Shown here: piece after piece, positions 23,680-32,824 of the stretch
How the letters are laid out: each line of letters opens with the position of its first letter
Position numbering within the stretch: the first letter of the stretch is position 1
Origin: an uncultured Bacillota bacterium
Lineage (GTDB): Bacteria > Bacillota > DTU025 > MWDF01
Direction: 5' to 3'
DNA: 64,000 nucleotides
Assembly: GCA_963823655.1 (NCBI GenBank)
Contig: CAWGMK010000004.1
Coordinates: 1-64,000, forward strand
Notes under the pieces: model-generated
What the model was told of the DNA's origin: nothing
Seen by the model: the letters and a program-made list of their open reading frames with translations, nothing else
Database searches by the model: none
Position numbers and translations under genes: made by a program

Positions 23680-24999
23680 CTACACTCCTATCCCGGCGCT
23701 TTCCGAGTAATCGAATTCGTAGTTGAGTATCCTTACCAAATCGCCTTCCTTGATTCCCATATCCCTCAGCCTCTGGATGATGCCGGCTTTAATGAACATG
23801 CCGTACATCCTCTTCATGGCCTCCTCGTTGTTCGTATCCGTCCTCAGCAGGAGCCTCTCAACGCCCTCTCCGGACAGCACAAAGGCGCCTCCGAAGTGGA
23901 CGATCTTTGCGTCTCTTAGCTTCTGGCCCCTCAGGACATAGACTCTCTCCCCGCCCTGCTTCACAATGACTTCGGCGGCGACTCTTCTCAGCCTGTCCTC
24001 TTCCTCGTAAAGCATCTTCGTTACAGCTGACATCAACGCCCCGATGCCCTGCGTCGTAGCAGCAGAGATTTCGTACACATCGGCGCCGGAAGCCTGCTTG
24101 ATCCGGTCAAGTATAGACTTGTCCTCCATGATGTCCGCCTTGTTTGCGGCAATTATAAACGGCTTTGTCACCATCACGGGATCATAAAGGCTGAGCTCAT
24201 TTCTTACCTTATGGAAATCATCCACGGGGTCGCGCCCTTCGGACCCGGCTGCGTCTATCACATGTACCAGGACCTTAGTCCTTTGCACATGCCTTAGAAA
24301 CTCATGGCCGAGGCCTGCGCCCTGCGATGCCCCTTCTATCAGGCCCGGTATGTCCGCCACGACAAAGCTGTCGTCCTCGTGCTCGACGACGCCAAGCACA
24401 GGAGAAAGCGTTGTGAACGGGTAGTTGGCAATCTTCGGCCTTGCGGATGTAATGACCGATATAAGCGTGGATTTTCCCGCATTGGGATAGCCCACAAGGC
24501 CTACGTCGGCAAGCAGCTTAAGCTCAATCCTTAAGGTCTTCTCCTCGCCGGGAAGCCCCTTTTCCGCATATCTCGGAGTCTGGCGGATGGGCGTTGCGAA
24601 TTGGGCATTGCCCCTGCCGCCGGTACCCGCTTTCGCTATGACTACCGAGACGTCCTCGTCCACGAGGTCAGCTATCAGCTCCCCCGTCTCATCGTCGAAT
24701 ATCATGGTTCCTGCGGGGAATTTCAGCACAGTATCGTCTGCGCTCTTGCCGCTCCTGTTCCAGACTTCGCCGTCTGCGCCATTATCCGCTTTGATGACGG
24801 TTTTGTAGCGATAATCCGCCAAAGTCCTGAATGACGGGTCTACGGTCGCGATGATGTTGCCACCCTTGCCGCCGTCACCGCCGTTGGGGCCTCCTCTGGG
24901 GATGAATTTCTCCCTGCGGAAGCTCACGGAGCCGTTTCCGCCTTTACCGGCTGTTATCTTAATCTTCGCGCTATCGACAAACATGTAGTCTTTGCGCAC
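23680..24999 (-). CDS. obgE: GTPase ObgE
   Basis: MFVD, Gly-rich Obg fold, GYPNAGKST, YPFTT, DIPGLIEGA, NKAD. Confidence 0.97.
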   Translation of the reverse strand: MRKDYMFVDSAKIKITAGKGGNGSVSFRREKFIPRGGPNGGDGGKGGNIIATVDPSFRTLADYRYKTVIKADNGADGEVWNRSGKSADDTVLKFPAGTMIFDDETGELIADLVDEDVSVVIAKAGTGGRGNAQFATPIRQTPRYAEKGLPGEEKTLRIELKLLADVGLVGYPNAGKSTLISVITSARPKIANYPFTTLSPVLGVVEHEDDSFVVADIPGLIEGASQGAGLGHEFLRHVQRTKVLVHVIDAAGSEGRDPVDDFHKVRNELSLYDPVMVTKPFIIAANKADIMEDKSILDRIKQASGADVYEISAATTQGIGALMSAVTKMLYEEEDRLRRVAAEVIVKQGGERVYVLRGQKLRDAKIVHFGGAFVLSGEGVERLLLRTDTNNEEAMKRMYGMFIKAGIIQRLRDMGIKEGDLVRILNYEFDYSESAGIGV

Positions 25000-25058
25000 C
25001 TCTCCTAGAATCTATCCATTATTTCGATTAGCTATAATATAATACACTTCCATATGCA

Positions 25059-25734
25059 TCACAGTATACCTTCATTATTGCCCAACTTTGCCCTCCAGAC
25101 GGCCGTAATGTTAAGAAAGGCGTGCACAAACGCCGGTCCGATTATGCTTGAGCTGCCGATAAATAGCATCTGCAGGGCCATCGCGCACAGGAATGGGAAT
25201 ATGGATGCGTACATTATCATGCCCCTGCGATGCCTGAGAATGGCGGCGGGCGCTGCATGGACGAACGCAAAAGCTGCTGCCTGACCGATATTTGCAGTCA
25301 GCGGGCCGAGTCTAGTATTAAGCGCTGAGAACAGAAACCCTCTGAAGACCAGCTCCTCCAGAAATGCCGCAGGTATGCAAAACGGTATTGCAAGGACCAT
25401 GGCGAGCCTGCTGTTCATAAAACGGAGAGAGCGCGACGCCCCTCCGGCGCTAACCCCCTTCAAGTTCTCCTTCCCATCCATCCCGAATATTGCCGCAAGG
25501 GCCCTTCCTGTCAGGAAGAGCCCCGCAAAGCATATTAAAATCAAGTCCTGTCTGGCCGGATTCCGGCATGGCGAGCATGCTTTCGAATCTCGCGTCCTTG
25601 CCCAACGGATAGAATATGTAAAGGATCGCCAGAAGAAGCAGGTCTCCGATGTCTATGGCAGGCCCGCTCCTAGTTGACGCCCTGATGATCGCTTTCATGG
25701 CAGCAAGGCACGCCAATGCAATCCTTATTTGCAT
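25059..25734 (-). CDS. CPBP (CAAX/Abi) intramembrane glutamic protease, frameshifted
   Basis: EELVFRG, FAFVH, HAFLN motifs; hydrophobic segments. Confidence 0.8.
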
Positions 25735-26968
25735 CTTCTGTCATCCTCCTGATGTTCTCGGACACCTTAAGGGAATCATCCCAGTTCCATGCAAAGGCCG
25801 AATAGACCGCCTTATATGTCGCGCAGTTCGGGTCAAGTCCGCCGTTCGCCATAGCTGCCGCTTTGCAGCCTCCCCCGCAAAGATACCTTACATCGCAAAG
25901 GGCGCATACAGGGTGCCTGTCCACGTCAGCTAACAGCTCGGCATCGGACAAGGGCCTGTCCCACAATAGATGGCAGGGGTGTAGCTGCCCATCCCCGGTG
26001 CAGGAGATTATCCTGCTACCAGCGCCGCACGACGCCTTGGAAAGCATGGGCATTATGTCCTCAAGTATGGATGAATCATCGATCTCCCCCCGTTCAACGC
26101 ATTTGCCGAGGTATTGCGCAATTGACGCAAGCAGGCCGCTTTCATCGTGCGTTCCCTGTTCCTTGCCCCTGCCGACATTCACCATGAGACTGCCGTGGCA
26201 ACCTGTGCCAAGGCTTCCCGCAAACCTCAGCATGCGGTCTATCTCAAGTTTGGAACCCGGCGTAATGGTCGGGACTATCTCCACATCTATGCCGAGGGCC
26301 GCCGCCTTCGCCGCCAATTCCGCGGCGATCTTATGGCAGCCCGCTCCCCTGATGCCGTCGTGCTCAGCCGCTATACAGCTTTCAACCGAGATCTGCAGTC
26401 CCATGCCCAATGATTTTAGCAGCTCGTACGGTATTCGCTCGGGCATGGTTCCGTTCGTGCACAACACGGCCTTAATCCCCTTAAGCGCAGATATTATCGA
26501 AGGCAGATCTTCCCTTGCGCATGGCTCCCCGCCCGTTATATATACCTTTGCCGGCTTTAATAACCTGAGCTTGCCAACTGCGGATAGTATTGAGCCAAGC
26601 GTATGATCGGAATTTGCGCTTTCGCCCATATAGCAGGAAGGGCAGTTCAGATTGCACCTTCTGGTCACTATGAGGTAGGCTTTTGAAATCCGCTGCTTTG
26701 CCGATTTGCATTTGCTCCCCTTCTCCACCAGCATGCCTGTATCGGCCAGCTCCGCTGCCATCCTAAGCATTCCGACCGCCTCGCCGTTTCCCATCACGGC
26801 GGCCTCCCTTGCCAGGCTTATACCTTCCTGCCTTGCGAAGAAATCCGCCGCGAAGCCGGATACCCTGCACCACGAACCGTTGGCGATGTTGTGCATCAGC
26901 GCATCATCGCCCCTGACAACCGTCCTTACGTCCTCTGAAAGGACCGCCAATCTCTGCTCAACACCCAT
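25670..26968 (-). CDS. Radical SAM/SPASM peptide maturase with probable N-terminal RRE
   Basis: CNLNCPSC, TGGEP, TNGT, HDGIRG; SPASM CGAG…HPC…CALC…CGGGC…C; about 90-aa N-terminal extension; AGGAGG RBS. Confidence 0.85.
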   Translation of the reverse strand: MGVEQRLAVLSEDVRTVVRGDDALMHNIANGSWCRVSGFAADFFARQEGISLAREAAVMGNGEAVGMLRMAAELADTGMLVEKGSKCKSAKQRISKAYLIVTRRCNLNCPSCYMGESANSDHTLGSILSAVGKLRLLKPAKVYITGGEPCAREDLPSIISALKGIKAVLCTNGTMPERIPYELLKSLGMGLQISVESCIAAEHDGIRGAGCHKIAAELAAKAAALGIDVEIVPTITPGSKLEIDRMLRFAGSLGTGCHGSLMVNVGRGKEQGTHDESGLLASIAQYLGKCVERGEIDDSSILEDIMPMLSKASCGAGSRIISCTGDGQLHPCHLLWDRPLSDAELLADVDRHPVCALCDVRYLCGGGCKAAAMANGGLDPNCATYKAVYSAFAWNWDDSLKVSENIRRMTEDANKDCIGVPCCHESDHQGVN

Positions 26969-27027
26969 GCCGCACCTCCTAGAATAGGAAGGCGGAGCCC
27001 ATTTTCAAGGCCCCGCCGGCTCAATTT

Positions 27028-27129
27028 TTACCCTAGCGTAATCGAAAAAATCCATATCGGGAAATTGATGCAGTAACCGTCTATTGCGATATCCAGCCTG
27101 GCAGTTCTTCCCGTCCTTTTCTTGAACAT
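27028..27129 (-). CDS. Putative RiPP precursor, 33 aa: MFKKRTGRTARLDIAIDGYCINFPIWIFSITLG
   Basis: GGAGGT RBS 7 nt before ATG; directly upstream of the rSAM gene, separated by a GC hairpin (26991-27017). Confidence 0.7.
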   Translation of the reverse strand: MFKKRTGRTARLDIAIDGYCINFPIWIFSITLG

Positions 27130-27262
27130 TTCCGCCACCTCCGTTATTTCGTCAAACGTACTTTGCTTAGGGGAGACAACCCTCGAAAGTACCGCCTGCG
27201 AAACAATCTTCACATGCCGGAGGCGCCGGCTGGAATCGGGCGGAAGTATGATTGGTGCCGCA

Positions 27263-27730
27263 TCAATCGGAGCATCCTGCTAATCCCATATCGAGGGCCT
27301 TCCTTACGGCAGCGCTGCGGCAATTGACATTGAGCTTCTGAAAGATGGACCTAACATGAGTCTTGATCGTATTAACCGATACGAACATGTCCGATGCGAT
27401 GATCTTGTTGCTCTTCCCCTCGGAGAGCCTTTCCAGCACGCACGTTTCCGTTGCCGTCAGCTTGGACGCCCCGAAGTCCATCTCAAGCCTTCTGGCTTGC
27501 GCAGTTTTGTACCCCTTAAGCTGCCCTGTCGCCTGGCCCGAATTCAAGTAAAGGTAGATGACGCCCCTTCCTATGCTGCCGTCGTCTCCGGCCGCCTTGC
27601 CATAGGAACCGTTCTGAAGAACAGGCGTGCTGCCCGCAGGCATAAGAAGCGCTTCCATTACACAGGTGATCTGCTCGCCTCTCGGAGGGGTCGATCCGCT
27701 GAACTCGACTTCCATTGTCTCATTCTCCAT
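27263..27730 (-). CDS. LuxR-family HTH transcriptional regulator
   Basis: LTATETCVL…GKSNKIIA…VSVNTIKTHVRSIFQKLNV; no recognisable receiver domain. Confidence 0.85.
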   Translation of the reverse strand: MENETMEVEFSGSTPPRGEQITCVMEALLMPAGSTPVLQNGSYGKAAGDDGSIGRGVIYLYLNSGQATGQLKGYKTAQARRLEMDFGASKLTATETCVLERLSEGKSNKIIASDMFVSVNTIKTHVRSIFQKLNVNCRSAAVRKALDMGLAGCSD

Positions 27731-27837
27731 GGCATGTACCTCCCGTAAAGAAATTGTTTACTACCATATAATTACCAATATTTCCAATATGATGCCACTA
27801 GAAAAATGGGCTAATCATTCTGGGATTCCATAAGCTA

Positions 27838-27874
27838 AAGGGGCGGAACGGCTTAATGCCGGCCTCGCCCCTTC
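27838..27874 (-). terminator. Hairpin after scfB
   Basis: AAGGGGCG…CGCCCCTT inverted repeat. Confidence 0.5.
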
Positions 27875-27900
27875 GTGTAATATCCTTTTTTTGCCTTTTC

Positions 27901-29250
27901 CTAAATTCCTGCTTGAAGCCTTAACGCGCATTCCAGCCTTTTCCTGGTAATTGCGCAACCGATTCCATATGGCTCAAGAATGCTCCCATTGGATGAGAAG
28001 GCGTTCGCATGGCAGCCTCCGCTGCAGAAGAACCTCGCCCAGCAATCGGAGCAGCCCCTCTTTGAATAGATGTTTGCGGCGGAGAAATCGCCCACTACTT
28101 CAGGGTGTTCTATCCCGCTTCCAGACATCGCCCAGCTTGAATTCGGGCTTGCCTACGAACTGGTGGCATGGGTAGATATCCCCCTCAGGAGTAACCGCCA
28201 CGTAATCTGCGCCCGCGCCGCAGCCGGAAAGCCTCTTTGCCAGGCAGGGGCCCTTTGCCACGCTCATGTCGAAATGGAAGAACAGGAACGGCCTGCCCTC
28301 CTTCTGCCTTTTGAGCATGAACTCCACAAGCCTGTCATATTCCTCGAATATCCTGGGAAGGTGCTCTTCCTTTATCTGCATCGGCGTACCGTCGAAAAGG
28401 ACCACAGGCTCGAAGGATATCCTGTCGAAGCCAAGGTCCGCCACATACTCTACGTCCTTCTGGAAGTCCAGGTTCAGGGCGGTGTATGTGCCCCTTGCGT
28501 AGTAATCCTGCCCGTCCCTGGTCTTGACGAATTTGAGGGAGTTTTCGGAGATCTTACCGCTCGTCCGGCTGCCGTCGTCAGCCCTTCTTACCCTGTCGTG
28601 CACCTCGGGCCTTCCGTCCATGCTGAGCACCACTGCCATGTCGTTGTCGTTGAGAAACTTCATGGAGGCCTCGTCCATGCTCAGAGCATTAGTCGTGAGC
28701 GTGAACTTCATCACCTTGCCGTGCTGCTTCTCAAGCTGCCTGCCGTAGGCTACGACTTGAGCCACCGCGTCCATATTCATAAGCGGTTCCCCGCCGAAGA
28801 AGTCGATTTCAAGGTGCTTCACATCGCCTGACGCCTTTACAAGAAAGTCCAGACCCGCTTTTCCGACCTCCGGGCTCATGAGCTTCCTCATGCCGCCGAA
28901 GCCGCCCTGGCCTGCGAAGCAGTAGGCGCAACGCATGTCGCAGTCATGGGCTATATGCAAGCAAAGGGCCTTAACAACCCTCTCGTGGGACCAGCTGACC
29001 TCGGGGTCCTTCGTTTCCGGGTCGGTAAGCAATCCCTCTTCCATCATGCTTTTGAGCTCTTCATAGGCTTCGGCAAGGCCTTTTCCGCCGGCCGCCCGCT
29101 CCTCGTCCAATGCCGCAGCAAGCCCGCCATCCGCCATGCGGTCGACCAGAACGGCCGCATCCTTGTCCAGGATATGAAGGCTTCCTGATATTACGTCGTA
29201 AAGAAAATCCGCCCCTTTCGCCGAGAACCTGTGCCAATTCCTCTTCAGGC
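27901..29250 (-). CDS. scfB: SCIFF ranthipeptide radical SAM maturase (frameshift near 28120; start approximate)
   Basis: KALCLHIAHDCDMRCAYCFA, DFFGGEPLMN, GPCLAKRLSGCGAG, CWARFFCSGGCHAN; follows scfA. Confidence 0.92.
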
Positions 29251-29289
29251 TTTCGGACGCGGGGCGGATGGCGGCGTTATTTTCCTTAA

Positions 29290-29439
29290 TTATTTGCGGC
29301 AAGCCTGGTTACCCAATGTGCATGAAGTCTTGCAAGCCGACTGGCAGGATGTCTGGCACTCCCTGCAGCCGCCGCCGGTGGCCTTGGACTTAAGATCGGA
29401 TGCGATCACCGTGCGGAAATGCTTCTTGTTGTTCTCCAT
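29290..29439 (-). CDS. scfA: Six-cysteine ranthipeptide precursor SCIFF (49 aa; absent from ORF track)
   Basis: MENNKKHFRTV…GGGCRECQTSCQSACKTSCTLGNQACRK*, GGAGG RBS. Confidence 0.95.
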   Translation of the reverse strand: MENNKKHFRTVIASDLKSKATGGGCRECQTSCQSACKTSCTLGNQACRK

Positions 29440-29525
29440 AGTAGTCCTCCGTTCATGAAGGTTATTTTACCCGGTAATTATATCACTGTCGGGGGGCGTC
29501 GTGAAGACGCCCCGCCAATAAGATC

Positions 29526-30533
29526 CTAAAGGTTCGAGAAGTCTGCGTTCATGAACTCGACCGTAAGCTTTATGGCTGCCTCGTAGTCTGACATGTCGAT
29601 CATCTCGGCCGGGGTATGAAGATTCCTTGTCGGCACCGAAATCGTGCCGGTGGGCACTCCCATCCTGGTCAGCTGTATAGCGGCAGCGTCCGTGGCCCCG
29701 CCGTCTAGCACTTCCATCTGGTAAGGTATGCCCTTCTTCTCCGCAAGCTCGATGAGCAGGTTCTTTATGCCGGGATGCGCTACGGCGCCCGAGTCCTTCG
29801 CCTTAATTGCCGCGCCCTTGCCCAGCTCCATGTTCATCGGCGCGCTGTTCGGGGTGTCGCCGGCGCCTGTTACGTCCAGCGAAAGGCCTATCTCAGGGTC
29901 GATGCCGTAGGCGGCTACCCTTGCGCCTCTTAGGCCCAGCTCCTCTTGGGTGCTGAACACGCAATAGAGCTCGTTTTTCGGGTTCTTGACCGCCTTCATG
30001 GCCTCTATTAGGAGCGCGCAGCAGGCCCTGTCGTCCATGGACTTGGCGATGCAGCGGTCCCCGTTGTCGTAGAAGTATGACACATAACCGCATATGTCGC
30101 CGACTTTGACCTTCTTCAGGGCCTCTTCCTTGGTTTTGGCGCCGATGTCTATGAACATCTTGGAGAATGCCAGGTCGTTGGGGCCCTCCTGCTTCTCAAG
30201 TCCGAAGTAGCCTATAGTGCCGTTCTCGAAGACTACTTTCTGCCCTACCAAAGTCATCGGCTTGTGGCCTCCGATGTTGGAGAAGCGGATGAAGCCTTTG
30301 TCGTCGATATGCATTGCCGCGAATCCTATCTCGTCCATATGGGCCGAGATCATTACCTTCCTGGTCTTGGCCGTAGGTTTCGAGGGCCTCTTTACACATA
30401 TGAGATTGCCAAGGCTGTCGACTTTGAAGTCGTCGCAGTGCTTGGCCACCTCGCTGCTGATGATATCCCTGATGCTCTTCTCGGCACCGGACGGCCCGAA
30501 TGCCTCCGTCAGCTCCCTGATAAGTTCCTTCAT
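29526..30533 (-). CDS. M42 family aminopeptidase
   Basis: AHMDEIG, DDR, QEELGLRGA, TDA, H. Confidence 0.92.
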   Translation of the reverse strand: MKELIRELTEAFGPSGAEKSIRDIISSEVAKHCDDFKVDSLGNLICVKRPSKPTAKTRKVMISAHMDEIGFAAMHIDDKGFIRFSNIGGHKPMTLVGQKVVFENGTIGYFGLEKQEGPNDLAFSKMFIDIGAKTKEEALKKVKVGDICGYVSYFYDNGDRCIAKSMDDRACCALLIEAMKAVKNPKNELYCVFSTQEELGLRGARVAAYGIDPEIGLSLDVTGAGDTPNSAPMNMELGKGAAIKAKDSGAVAHPGIKNLLIELAEKKGIPYQMEVLDGGATDAAAIQLTRMGVPTGTISVPTRNLHTPAEMIDMSDYEAAIKLTVEFMNADFSNL

Positions 30534-31555
30534 CTTGGCAATCCCCTTTCATCTATGCTTTCGAGGAAGGCTTCTACCAGCTTCCCCGTATTTTTAAAGT
30601 CCTTCTCGTCTATCACGCTCACAGGTGAATGAATATATCTGCAGGGGACCGATACCGCAGTCGCGGGAAGCCCCGCCCTGCTGTGGCGTATCTTGCCGGC
30701 ATCGGTGCCTCCGCTTATCGTTGTCTTGTGCTGATAGGCGATCTTCTTAGCCTCGGCGACTTCCACAAGCCTTGCGACCAGCTTCAAGTCGGCGAACATG
30801 CTCCCGTCCATCTGAACGATGACCGGGCCCTTGCCCAGGAAAGTCGAGCTCTTGTGATCCTCCGTTGGGAAGACGTCGTGAGCCGTCGTGCCCTCGATAA
30901 CAAGCCCTAAGTCGGGCTCTATCGCCCATGTGGCGACCTGCGCTCCCCTGAGGCCTACTTCTTCCTGCACAGTGAATACGCCGTACAGGTCGAAGTCATG
31001 CTGCTTCTTGAGAGCTTCTACTATCGTTGCGCAGCCGACCCTGTCGTCGAGCGCCTTGCCCTTGATCTTGCCGGCGCCCAGCTTTTCAAACGGCGTATCG
31101 AAGCAGATCTGCTCGCCCGGTTCTACCATCTTGGCCGCGTCTTCCTTGCTCTTGGCGCCGATGTCCACATACAATGCTTCCATAGGGATGGGTTTGTCCT
31201 GTTCATCCTTGCTTTGCAGGTGGATTGGCTTTGCACCGATGACTCCGGGCAGCTTCTTTACGCCCACTTTTACAGTCTTCGAAACAAGCACCCTCGGATC
31301 CACTCCGCCGCAGGATATCACCTTGATCAGTCCGCTGGCATCGATGGACTTAACTAGAAGGCCTACCTCATCCATGTGGGCCGCAAGCATGACCTTGACG
31401 CCGCCTTTGCGCCCCTTGCGAAGGGCTATGAGGTTTCCTATGGAGTCCACCCTGATCTCATCCGCGTGGCTCATTATCTCGGCGGCTATGGCATCGCGGA
31501 CCTCGTCCTCGTGGCCTGACACGCCAGAGACCATGCTTAACCTTTCAAGCAGCAT
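30530..31555 (-). CDS. M42 family aminopeptidase
   Basis: AHMDEVG, LDDRVG, QEEVGLRGA, GGTDAG, RYIHSP. Confidence 0.92.
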   Translation of the reverse strand: MLLERLSMVSGVSGHEDEVRDAIAAEIMSHADEIRVDSIGNLIALRKGRKGGVKVMLAAHMDEVGLLVKSIDASGLIKVISCGGVDPRVLVSKTVKVGVKKLPGVIGAKPIHLQSKDEQDKPIPMEALYVDIGAKSKEDAAKMVEPGEQICFDTPFEKLGAGKIKGKALDDRVGCATIVEALKKQHDFDLYGVFTVQEEVGLRGAQVATWAIEPDLGLVIEGTTAHDVFPTEDHKSSTFLGKGPVIVQMDGSMFADLKLVARLVEVAEAKKIAYQHKTTISGGTDAGKIRHSRAGLPATAVSVPCRYIHSPVSVIDEKDFKNTGKLVEAFLESIDERGLPR

Positions 31556-32598
31556 GTCAATCCCTCCTTGAACTCTTTGTCGACGGCTGCGCAGAAGTAG
31601 GCCATGAGCCTTCCGCACTTCTTGACGTCGTCCACATCGAGGGTCTCAACGCTTGTGTGCATATTCCTCACAGGAAGCCCCAGGATGGCCGTAGCCACGC
31701 CCGCTCCCGTCACTTGCATCGGGAATGCGTCCGTGCCGCCCGGCCTTCCGCTTACTTGCATCTGCAAGGTTATATTGTGATCCGCGGCCGTCTTCTTAAT
31801 GAGGCCGAGGACTTTGGGGTTCACATCAGGTGCCATTTCCGAGCCGGGGCCTCCGCCAAGAGGGCTTCCCTCATCTTCAGAAATCCCAGGCATCGTGCCG
31901 AAGCCGACGTCGACTGCGATTCCGATGTCCGGCATTATGCCGTACGTCGCGGTGTAGCCGCCGCCGTAGGTTATCTCCTCCTGGACCGTCGCCACGTAGT
32001 ATACGTCGGCATCATGGTCCATCTTCTTAAGCTCGGTCGCGCACTGCCATATGGCGGCCAGGCACACCCTGTCGTCCATGGATTTGCCTGCTATCCTGCC
32101 GTTGGCAAGCTCTATGCTCTTCCTTCTGAAGCTAACGATGTCACCAACGCGTACAAGCTTCCTGAGCTCCTCTTCCGAGTAGCCGCAGTCGATGACTAGC
32201 TCTTCCATCTTCCAGGCTTTCTTCCTGTCCTCATCCGTTTGAAGATGCGGGGGGCATGCCGAGAACACTCCGAAGATGTCCTTGCGGCCGTGGACGACCA
32301 CTTCCATGGAAGGCAGTATGCGCTGGTCAATGCCGCCTACCTGTGTCACCCTCAGGAACCCGCCCTTTTCGATCCTTTTTACAATCATGCCGATCTCGTC
32401 ATAGTGTGCGGCCAGCATTATCTTGGCCGTCCCGGGCGTCCTGCCCTTTTTCAGCATTACGATGCTGCCAAGCTTGTCCACCCTTACCTCGTCCACATAA
32501 TCCTTGAAAAGGGATTTGACCAGCTCTGCCGAGTTGGTCTCGTGGCCGGACACGCCGTAGGTGTCCGAGAGCTTCATTACTACTTCTTTAAGCTCCAT
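31537..32598 (-). CDS. M42 family aminopeptidase
   Basis: AHYDEIG, DDR, VQEE, GTDA, RNMHT. Confidence 0.9.
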   Translation of the reverse strand: MELKEVVMKLSDTYGVSGHETNSAELVKSLFKDYVDEVRVDKLGSIVMLKKGRTPGTAKIMLAAHYDEIGMIVKRIEKGGFLRVTQVGGIDQRILPSMEVVVHGRKDIFGVFSACPPHLQTDEDRKKAWKMEELVIDCGYSEEELRKLVRVGDIVSFRRKSIELANGRIAGKSMDDRVCLAAIWQCATELKKMDHDADVYYVATVQEEITYGGGYTATYGIMPDIGIAVDVGFGTMPGISEDEGSPLGGGPGSEMAPDVNPKVLGLIKKTAADHNITLQMQVSGRPGGTDAFPMQVTGAGVATAILGLPVRNMHTSVETLDVDDVKKCGRLMAYFCAAVDKEFKEGLTCCLKG

Positions 32599-32677
32599 TT
32601 CCGAACTCCTCTCTGATGAGCTGGAATATACATTTATAATTCTACAATTATTCCCGTTCTTTTTCACCCGTAAGTGC

Positions 32678-32765
32678 AAAAAAGCAGGCAGCCCCGCTCG
32701 CTGCCTGCTTTAAGGGAGGTATTCGCATGTCTTCGCATTTACTCGTCTTGCCCGTGCTTGCTCTT
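32678..32765 (-). ncRNA. Candidate small RNA with anti-SD motif
   Basis: ECF-like promoter at 32774-32799, ACCTCCCTT motif, terminator AAAGCAGGCAGC…GCTGCCTGCTTTTTT. Confidence 0.35.
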
Positions 32766-32824
32766 ACTTAATAGAACGTGCGGGGTCAATAAAAGTTCCA
32801 TAGAATCTTTTTGGAAGGCAGCGG

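Noticed and set aside
27130-27213. Longer 61-aa version of the RiPP precursor
   Set aside because: The GTG start has no RBS, whereas ATG 27129 has GGAGGT at good spacing.
29526-32598. Three tandem M42 peptidases as a novel system
   Set aside because: This arrangement is common in anaerobic Firmicutes.
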